DNA of 64,000 bases from Enterobacteria phage vB_EcoM_IME339, in the sequence record MH051915, one strand, 5' to 3'. The position numbers and the translations under genes are program-made. Of this stretch, positions 57,212 through 64,000 are shown one piece after another (the stretch's first letter is position 1; the number at the start of each line of letters is the position of its first letter). A model generated the notes under the pieces. It was not told the origin of the DNA, did no database searches, and was given only the letters and a program-made list of their open reading frames with translations.

Positions 57212-58141
57212 ATGAAAACTCGTAAACATTATATTGATTATTTTGACAGTCTTATTACTAAACACCGTAATTATCAGATCGGACACAGAGCAGTAATCAA
57301 TAATATTCTTCGTGATTTCCTTCAATATGTTGGCCAGGAAAATCATATCTGTAAAGATACTCAAAACGCTTATTCTCATTCGTTAGGCAATTTGCTTGAA
57401 TGGTTTAAACGTTCTCGTATGTTATCTTCTACTGTAGCTCGCGATAACATTAAAAACTTTATGAAGCCAAGCTTCATTAAATCTGCGACATCTATAACCG
57501 ATTTGGTTGAATTTACTATTGTTAACGATGTTAAAAAGACCCATTTAGCCGATTGGTTATCTACCATTCCTGAAACTAAATTTGCTGATAAATTTGCTTG
57601 TCAGTTCAATGACCAAGTGAATATGCTTTTTAAGCATGCTCGCAAACTATTTACCGCAGGCGATGACCGTACAAATACAGTTCATGTTAAGGATTGGGTT
57701 ATTGCTGATGAAGTAACACACAAGCCAGGTGGTTCATCAGTGGTAATTAATATCCAAGTTCCTTATTATTACTCACGTAATCTTGGCACCATGAACTCTA
57801 AAGAAATTAATAAGCACAACAAAACTATTCGTTCGTTGTCTTATAAACTCCGCATGATGTTAAAAATCATGGACGTAGTAGAAATGTATGACGAAATCGA
57901 AGATAATGGTTCAATGTTATACAGTTCACGTATTCTAATTAAACTGAAGAACCCTAATACATATAAGACAGTTGTAAAAGAGCCTAAAGTAGAAAAAATT
58001 GATAACTTGAGCGAAGAACGTGAATATCTCAATGCTCGTTTGATTGAAGTTGAAGCCCAGATTGCCGAACACACCAAATTGTTAAAAGCTCTTAATGCAA
58101 AAGCAAATGGTTTACGTAATGCTATTGAGGTATTGAAATGA
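57212..58141 (+). CDS. Hypothetical protein, paralogue family member 4
   Basis: 309 aa; N-terminus MKTRKHYIDYF parallels member 2 (MKTRSQIEDM); C-terminal coiled coil. Confidence 0.6.
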   Translation: MKTRKHYIDYFDSLITKHRNYQIGHRAVINNILRDFLQYVGQENHICKDTQNAYSHSLGNLLEWFKRSRMLSSTVARDNIKNFMKPSFIKSATSITDLVEFTIVNDVKKTHLADWLSTIPETKFADKFACQFNDQVNMLFKHARKLFTAGDDRTNTVHVKDWVIADEVTHKPGGSSVVINIQVPYYYSRNLGTMNSKEINKHNKTIRSLSYKLRMMLKIMDVVEMYDEIEDNGSMLYSSRILIKLKNPNTYKTVVKEPKVEKIDNLSEEREYLNARLIEVEAQIAEHTKLLKALNAKANGLRNAIEVLK

Positions 58142-58506
58142 AAAAGCGTCTATTAGAAGATATTGCCGAAGCTTCAGATTTTCCTGAATGGACTCCATGC
58201 GCTGGGTTTGATAAAGGACTGTTAGTTACTGACGATTTAGATTTTAAACCTCCAGCCTGGGATGCTATTATGGCTATGGTTGAACGTCGCGAAAGGGCTT
58301 CTAAAAACGTTCCTAATTGTCCTGAATGCGGTACTGAACAGGTTCAATTGATTAACTGGCGTAAACCGGAACTTGAATATAAATGCCGTCATTGTAAACA
58401 CAAATTTAGCAAGCATGCTCCGGAAATGGTTAAATTACCTGACTCTACTGAGTTCTTTAAAGAACTTGCGAGTGTTCAACCAATGCCTAATAATATTTTG
58501 GATTAA
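58138..58506 (+). CDS. Zinc-ribbon protein (hypothetical)
   Basis: 122 aa; CPECG...CRHCKHKF four-cysteine zinc ribbon. Confidence 0.55.
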
Positions 58507-58507
58507 A

Positions 58508-58750
58508 ATGACCAAGCGTAAAGAATATATGGAGACTGCTGAAAAAGCAGTCCGTGAATTAGCAATAGCGTATTATAATGAACATGGTAAATTTCCTGAT
58601 AGATACAGCGTGCTTAAATCTGCTTTAACTCGTTCATATAAAAATATGCTATCAGAAGTAAGTGATATTATATACAAACATAAAGAACAAACGGGCCAAA
58701 GTCTTGATTACGACGAGACTTTTAAACAAGTACTAGGAATTAAGGAATAA
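58508..58750 (+). CDS. Hypothetical protein
   Basis: Track ORF 58373 overlaps the upstream gene; moved to ATG 58508 ([10 protein letters not shown]); 80 aa. Confidence 0.5.
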
Positions 58751-58751
58751 T

Positions 58752-59015
58752 ATGTTTAAAGTATATGGTTATGATAGCAACATCCATAAATGTGTGTATT
58801 GCGATAATGCAAAACGTCTTTTGACCGTGAAGAAACAGCCGTTTGAATTTATCAACATTATGCCGGAAAAAGGTGTTTTTGATGATGAGAAAATCGCTGA
58901 GCTTCTGACGAAACTGGGTCGTGATACTCAAATTGGACTGACGATGCCACAAGTATTTGCTCCTGATGGAAGTCATATTGGTGGATTTGACCAATTGCGG
59001 GAATACTTTAAATGA
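58752..59015 (+). CDS. nrdC: Glutaredoxin/thioredoxin NrdC
   Basis: 87 aa; MFKVYGYDSNIHKCVYCDNAKRLL with CVYC active site. Confidence 0.92.
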   Translation: MFKVYGYDSNIHKCVYCDNAKRLLTVKKQPFEFINIMPEKGVFDDEKIAELLTKLGRDTQIGLTMPQVFAPDGSHIGGFDQLREYFK

Positions 59016-59227
59016 TGCTCGAAGGAACTGATTATATCCATGACTACCGCGGAAGCGCGGTATATGTAGGTGATGAGGTTGCAGTTTACTATGGGTATGG
59101 AACTTTGATGACAGCCAAGGTTATTCAAATTAAAAATAATCGTGCTAAACTCGAAGTTTATTATTCTAACGGTGAAAAGTCTATTTCTAAATGGAAATAT
59201 GGCGATTGTATGGTCAAACTGGGGTAA
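59012..59227 (+). CDS. Hypothetical protein
   Basis: 71 aa; ATGATG start overlapping the nrdC stop. Confidence 0.5.
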   Translation: MMLEGTDYIHDYRGSAVYVGDEVAVYYGYGTLMTAKVIQIKNNRAKLEVYYSNGEKSISKWKYGDCMVKLG

Positions 59228-59229
59228 AT

Positions 59230-59400
59230 ATGATTTACGATATTAATGTATCAAGAACTCCGTCAATGGTTACTATTCCTGCTGAAGAATTAGATCGTCT
59301 TCAGAAAATTGAAGAACTTCTTTGGGAAATTGAATCTGATTTGCCATCAGGATTAGAATCCTGGATTGATTATGAAGAACTTAATAAATTGCGAAATTAA
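59230..59400 (+). CDS. Hypothetical small protein
   Basis: Start moved to ATG 59230 (MIYDINVS); 56 aa. Confidence 0.4.
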   Translation: MIYDINVSRTPSMVTIPAEELDRLQKIEELLWEIESDLPSGLESWIDYEELNKLRN

Positions 59401-59410
59401 TTGGTGAAAA

Positions 59411-59731
59411 ATGAATATTGAAAATAAATTAGATGTTGATGCAGTTCTGAGTGAAATCATCGAAGACCATGATGCATTTTCAGAAAATTATGATTTCGAT
59501 TTTTCGGATTATCTTAAACCTATCGAAATAGAAGACTGGGTGCAAGATGGTAAATGCCAATATCGCCAGTGTGTTTATTTTAGTCCAAAACACAATGTAC
59601 ATGTTTCCGTAAATGAAACTCGCTCAGGTTCTTATCATTCTGACTGGTATTATGCAGTTCCGACTGTTGAACTAGTCGAGCCCCGTGAACGTGTAGTAAC
59701 TCAGACAGTACGAGAATGGATTACGCTATAA
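59411..59731 (+). CDS. Hypothetical protein
   Basis: 106 aa; GGTGAAAAATG RBS. Confidence 0.5.
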   Translation: MNIENKLDVDAVLSEIIEDHDAFSENYDFDFSDYLKPIEIEDWVQDGKCQYRQCVYFSPKHNVHVSVNETRSGSYHSDWYYAVPTVELVEPRERVVTQTVREWITL

Positions 59732-59854
59732 AACCTTGGTGGGCGGCTAGATGGGAAACTGTAGAGCCAGAGCCGGAAGAACCGGTTTACACTGATGAAG
59801 AAACAGTATATAATGAACCGACGATAAATGACATAATTGATATGGAGATGGGAC

Positions 59855-60301
59855 ATGATTACAGTAGATAAGTGGTTTAGAATTAATCGTGCTGATAAAG
59901 GGTTGTGTAATTACTGGCCTGAACTTAGTGCAGGTACTGTCTTTAAAGTTCGTGAACTTGCAAAAGAATGTGAAGATGACATAGAACCTGATACTGGAAT
60001 TATTGAAATTGAACTTTCTGATGGAAAGATTATTAACATCTATGATAAGCCAATTACGTATTGGTGCTTGTGGAATACTGAATCCGCAGAAAATGGCGAA
60101 ATTGAAGAAGTTGTAGAACGAATTGATCAAGTTATTCGGAAGCCTGAAGCCGCTTTTCAAGGTGAACGTATTTCATACGCATTATCTAAATTAGCTGCAC
60201 AAGAAAATAACGATGGCTATGAAGGAAATTTAATGCAAGCCGCGGCAGAATATATTGAATGGCTTGAAACCCAAATTTCTTTTTCTGACCGAGCGTTTTA
60301 A
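59855..60301 (+). CDS. Hypothetical protein (49.1/pin-region by position)
   Basis: Track start 59837 is TTG; moved to ATG 59855 (MITVDKW) after GGAG RBS; 148 aa. Confidence 0.5.
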   Translation: MITVDKWFRINRADKGLCNYWPELSAGTVFKVRELAKECEDDIEPDTGIIEIELSDGKIINIYDKPITYWCLWNTESAENGEIEEVVERIDQVIRKPEAAFQGERISYALSKLAAQENNDGYEGNLMQAAAEYIEWLETQISFSDRAF

Positions 60302-60349
60302 TACTTGAAATAATAAATACCCTTATCTATTTAAGGTAAGGGTTTTATT

Positions 60350-60823
60350 ATGTTATTGACTGGCAAATTATACAAAGAAGAAAAACAGAAATTTTATAAT
60401 GCACAAAACGGTAAATGCTTAATTTGCCAACGAGAACTAAATCCTGATGTTCAAGCTAATCACCTCGACCATGACCACGAATTAAATGGACCAAAAGCAG
60501 GAAAGGTGCGTGGATTGCTCTGTAATCTTTGCAATGCAGCGGAAGGTCAAATGAAGCATAAATTTAATCGTTCTGGCTTAAAGGGACAAGGTGTTGATTA
60601 TCTTGAATGGTTAGAAAATTTACTTACTTATTTAAAATCCGATTACACCCAAAATAATATTCACCCTAACTTCGTTGGAGATAAATCAAAGGAATTTTCT
60701 CGTTTAGGAAAAGAGGAAATGATGGCTGAGATGCTTCAAAGAGGATTTGAATATAATGAATCTGACACTAAAACACAATTAATAGCTTCATTTAAGAAGC
60801 AGCTTAGAAAGAGTTTAAAATGA
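60350..60823 (+). CDS. 49: Endonuclease VII (Holliday junction resolvase)
   Basis: 157 aa; MLLTGKLYKEEKQKFYNAQNGKCLICQRELNPDVQANHLDHDHE with zinc-binding cysteines; matches T4 gp49. Confidence 0.95.
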   Translation: MLLTGKLYKEEKQKFYNAQNGKCLICQRELNPDVQANHLDHDHELNGPKAGKVRGLLCNLCNAAEGQMKHKFNRSGLKGQGVDYLEWLENLLTYLKSDYTQNNIHPNFVGDKSKEFSRLGKEEMMAEMLQRGFEYNESDTKTQLIASFKKQLRKSLK

Positions 60824-62637
60824 CAATTGAAAAAGAAATTGAAGGATTGATTCATAAAACTAATAAAGACCTTTTGAACGAGAATGCTAATAAAGATTCT
60901 CGTGTTTTTCCAACTCAACGGGACCTTATGGCTGGTATTGTGTCTAAACACATTGCCAAAAATATGGTCCCGTCTTTTATTATGAAAGCGCATGAAAGCG
61001 GAATTATCCATTTCCATGATATTGATTATTCCCCTGCTCTTCCATTTACTAATTGCTGTTTAGTAGATTTAAAAGGAATGCTTGAAAACGGATTTAAGCT
61101 CGGTAATGCGCAGATTGAAACTCCTAAATCAATCGGCGTTGCTACTGCAATTATGGCACAAATTACTGCACAGGTTGCTTCCCATCAATATGGCGGAACG
61201 ACTTTTGCGAATGTAGATAAAGTACTTTCTCCTTATGTTAAACGCACCTATGCAAAACATATTGAGGATGCAGAAAAATGGCAAATCGCTGATGCGTTGA
61301 ATTATGCCCAATCTAAAACAGAAAAAGACGTATACGATGCATTCCAAGCTTATGAATATGAAGTAAATACTCTCTTTAGTTCAAATGGACAAACGCCTTT
61401 TGTAACAATTACATTTGGTACGGGAACTGACTGGACTGAACGAATGATTCAGAAAGCAATTCTGAAAAATCGTATTAAAGGCCTTGGCCGTGATGGAATA
61501 ACTCCTATTTTCCCTAAGCTTGTTATGTTCGTTGAAGAGGGTGTCAATCTTTATAAAGATGATCCGAACTATGATATTAAGCAGCTTGCGTTAGAATGTG
61601 CAAGCAAAAGAATGTATCCTGATATTATTTCAGCTAAGAACAATAAAGCTATCACCGGTTCATCTATTCCTGTTTCTCCAATGGGTTGCCGTAGTTTCTT
61701 AAGCGTATGGAAAGATTCGACTGGTAATGAAATTCTTGATGGACGTAATAATCTCGGTGTTGTAACACTGAATCTTCCTCGCATTGCGTTAGATTCTTAT
61801 ATTGGAACACAATTCAATGAACAGAAATTTGCCGAATTGTTCAATGAACGAATGGATTTGTGTTTTGAAGCTTTGATGTGTAGAATTAGTTCCTTAAAAG
61901 GAGTTAAAGCGACCGTTGCTCCTATTCTTTACCAAGAAGGTGCATTCGGGGTTCGTCTTAAACCTGATGACGACATAATTGAGTTATTTAAAAACGGTAG
62001 AAGTTCAGTGTCCCTAGGATACATTGGTATTCACGAATTGAATATTCTTGTCGGTCGTGATATTGGACAGGAAATTTTGACTAAAATGAATGCTCGTCTT
62101 AAACGGTGGACTGAAAGAACCGGTTTTGCTTTTAGCTTGTATTCTACTCCTGCTGAAAACCTGTGCTATCGCTTCTGTAAACTTGATACTGAAAAATATG
62201 GAAGTGTAAAAGATGTTACTGATAAAGGCTGGTACACTAATAGTTTCCATGTTTCAGTAGAAGAAAATATTACTCCGTTTGAAAAGATTTCTCGCGAAGC
62301 CCCATATCATTTCATTGCGACAGGTGGTCACATTTCTTATGTTGAACTTCCTGATATGAAAAATAACTTAAAAGGTCTTGAGGCTGTATGGGATTATGCT
62401 GCACAACATTTAGATTATTTTGGTGTTAACATGCCAGTAGATAAATGTTTTACATGTGGAAGTACCCATGAAATGACTCCTACTGAAAACGGATTTGTTT
62501 GTTCTATTTGTGGAGAAACTGATCCTAAAAAGATGAATACGATAAGAAGAACTTGTGGTTATTTGGGAAATCCGAACGAACGCGGATTTAATCTCGGCAA
62601 AAATAAAGAAATCATGCATAGGGTTAAACACCAATGA
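60820..62637 (+). CDS. nrdD: Anaerobic ribonucleoside-triphosphate reductase NrdD
   Basis: 605 aa continuous ORF; C-terminal zinc ribbon CFTCGSTHE...CSICG and glycyl radical motif RTCGYLG; no intron interruption. Confidence 0.95.
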   Translation: MTIEKEIEGLIHKTNKDLLNENANKDSRVFPTQRDLMAGIVSKHIAKNMVPSFIMKAHESGIIHFHDIDYSPALPFTNCCLVDLKGMLENGFKLGNAQIETPKSIGVATAIMAQITAQVASHQYGGTTFANVDKVLSPYVKRTYAKHIEDAEKWQIADALNYAQSKTEKDVYDAFQAYEYEVNTLFSSNGQTPFVTITFGTGTDWTERMIQKAILKNRIKGLGRDGITPIFPKLVMFVEEGVNLYKDDPNYDIKQLALECASKRMYPDIISAKNNKAITGSSIPVSPMGCRSFLSVWKDSTGNEILDGRNNLGVVTLNLPRIALDSYIGTQFNEQKFAELFNERMDLCFEALMCRISSLKGVKATVAPILYQEGAFGVRLKPDDDIIELFKNGRSSVSLGYIGIHELNILVGRDIGQEILTKMNARLKRWTERTGFAFSLYSTPAENLCYRFCKLDTEKYGSVKDVTDKGWYTNSFHVSVEENITPFEKISREAPYHFIATGGHISYVELPDMKNNLKGLEAVWDYAAQHLDYFGVNMPVDKCFTCGSTHEMTPTENGFVCSICGETDPKKMNTIRRTCGYLGNPNERGFNLGKNKEIMHRVKHQ

Positions 62638-63104
62638 ATTATGATAGATTTTATCCTTGCGATTTTGTGAATGGCCCTGGATGCAGGGTCGTTCTTTTCG
62701 TTACAGGTTGTTTGCATAAATGCGAAGGGTGTTATAATAAATCAACATGGAATGCTAGAAATGGCGTTCCATTCACTGGTGAAACACTGGAACAATTAAT
62801 TGAATGTTTGAATAATGATTATATAGAAGGATTAACTATAACTGGAGGAGACCCTCTCTATCCTGATAACCGAGATGTTATTCACTCTGTGGTTCAAACA
62901 GTAAAAAATCTTTATCCAAATAAAAGCATTTGGTTGTGGACAGGATATAAATTTGAAGATATTAAACAACTAGAAATGCTTAAATATGTTGATGTTATTA
63001 TTGATGGGAAGTATGAGAAAAATCTTCCTACCAAAAAGCTGTGGCGAGGATCAGATAATCAGCGACTTTGGTCAAATACCGATGGGGTGTGGAAACATGA
63101 TTAA
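62634..63104 (+). CDS. nrdG: Anaerobic RNR activating enzyme NrdG (radical SAM)
   Basis: 156 aa; cysteine cluster CLHKCEGCYN; ATGA overlap with nrdD. Confidence 0.9.
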   Translation: MNYDRFYPCDFVNGPGCRVVLFVTGCLHKCEGCYNKSTWNARNGVPFTGETLEQLIECLNNDYIEGLTITGGDPLYPDNRDVIHSVVQTVKNLYPNKSIWLWTGYKFEDIKQLEMLKYVDVIIDGKYEKNLPTKKLWRGSDNQRLWSNTDGVWKHD

Positions 63105-63219
63105 ATTGAATTATATTATGGACACTATAAATGATATGATTTTTCATTTTGGTCCAGAATTTTATTCGCAATATAGTTTAGTGCTTATCAATGCTTGGTT
63201 AATCAATTAAGGGTAAAAT

Positions 63220-63432
63220 ATGTATAAATTTCGTAAAGGTTTAGCTGATTTTCTTACAACCGTAACATTCTTTTTGTTTATGGCAGTTGGAGCTATTTTC
63301 CTTATTCCTTTTATTGTTATATTTTTCGTGATTAGTTTGATTTCTCCAGAAAAAGGACTGTCTTCTAGCGAGTTCAATGAGCGTTTGGATAAAATTACTA
63401 ATAAGCTGAATGCTGCTCTTAGTAAGGAATAG
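63220..63432 (+). CDS. Small membrane protein (hypothetical)
   Basis: 70 aa with one long hydrophobic helix. Confidence 0.5.
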   Translation: MYKFRKGLADFLTTVTFFLFMAVGAIFLIPFIVIFFVISLISPEKGLSSSEFNERLDKITNKLNAALSKE

Positions 63433-63434
63433 TT

Positions 63435-63743
63435 GTGAAACAAAACAAGATTGAAGTCTATGGAATTCCAGATGAAGTAGGTCGTTGTCCTGGATGTCAA
63501 TCAGTTACAAAACTTCTAAAGGAGCTCAATGCTCCTTTTACTTTCTATAAAGTTCTTACAAATAATGGTAAGATCGAGTATGATCGTCCACTGATTGTAT
63601 CTCTTGCTAAACGCGCTGGATTCACATCTCTTAACATTCGTTATCCAGTCATTTTCATCAATGATTCTAGACAAAAGAACATTAAACACTTCAAAGAAAC
63701 TCTCATTTCACTTGGATATGATAGAGATATCATAGAAGACTAA
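63435..63743 (+). CDS. nrdH: Glutaredoxin-like protein NrdH
   Basis: 102 aa from GTG 63435 with AAGGA RBS; CPGC redox motif. Confidence 0.8.
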   Translation: MKQNKIEVYGIPDEVGRCPGCQSVTKLLKELNAPFTFYKVLTNNGKIEYDRPLIVSLAKRAGFTSLNIRYPVIFINDSRQKNIKHFKETLISLGYDRDIIED

Positions 63744-63747
63744 GACG

Positions 63748-63769
63748 GGCCCTCTGGGCCTTTCTTTCT
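63748..63769 (+). terminator. Rho-independent terminator after nrdH
   Basis: GGCCC-TCT-GGGCC hairpin followed by TTTCTTTCT. Confidence 0.6.
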
Positions 63770-63824
63770 AACATTCTGTATATTACCATTCTAAGCTATC
63801 GTTCCCTTCTTATCATTCCCTAAA

Positions 63825-63872
63825 ATAATTTTCACAAAGTTGTTTACAACAAGTTCAAACTGTGGTATTATT
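63825..63872 (+). promoter_or_regulatory. T4 early promoter
   Basis: GTTTAC -35 and TGTGGTATTAT extended -10 with AT-rich upstream region. Confidence 0.65.
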
Positions 63873-64000
63873 AACATATGAATTGCCTTTGAGGAATTGA
63901 TATGGTTGATAAAGAGATTAAAAAGATCAGTATTATCGTGTTAACGGACATATTGTTATTGTTACAGCAGTAGATGATTTTGAGGTTCACTATACTTTAC

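Noticed and set aside
58373-58750. 125-aa ORF starting at 58373
   Set aside because: Its first 45 codons overlap the zinc-ribbon gene in another frame; the real gene most likely starts at ATG 58508 straight after the upstream stop.
59747-60160. Minus-strand 137-aa ORF
   Set aside because: Antisense to the 59855-60301 gene in a region where every supported gene is on the plus strand; no RBS.

Overview
This window reads as a contiguous segment of a T4-like (Tevenvirinae) myovirus genome, in reverse orientation to the conventional T4 map. All homology calls come from my recollection of T4 proteins and gene order plus motifs visible in the ORF translations; no database search was run. Positions 1-29552 carry the late structural block on the minus strand (24, 23, 22, 21, 68, 67, 20, 19, 18, 17, 16, 15, 14, 13, wac, 12, 11, 10, 9, 8, 7, 6, 5.4, 5, 53), with TATAAATA late promoters and hairpin terminators between genes. 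From 29600 onward the plus strand carries 4, 2, 3, 1, 57A, 57B (Acb1), ipI, an 8-tRNA cluster, a variable block of small ORFs, nudE, e (lysozyme), denV, regB, tk, rI, an nrdC.x-like ORF series, nrdC, 49, nrdD, nrdG and nrdH, punctuated by repeated sigma70-type early promoters (GTTTAC / TGTGGTAtAAT). There is no CRISPR array, rRNA, integrase or transposase, and I see no clearly foreign inserted defence island. The most interesting signals are: an ORF-free ~340 bp structured region after the tRNA cluster; two internal-protein-like genes with capsid-targeting leaders at non-T4 positions; a mosaic GrcA-like gene with a host-like codon-usage C-terminal half; a nucleotidyltransferase/AAA-ATPase pair; a tandem family of four ~300-aa coiled-coil paralogs; and repeated promoter/stem-loop cassettes. 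The genome appears to lack the T4 nrdD intron and homing endonuclease genes. Several ORF-track starts are TTG/GTG artefacts and were moved to the first in-frame ATG with a ribosome-binding site.
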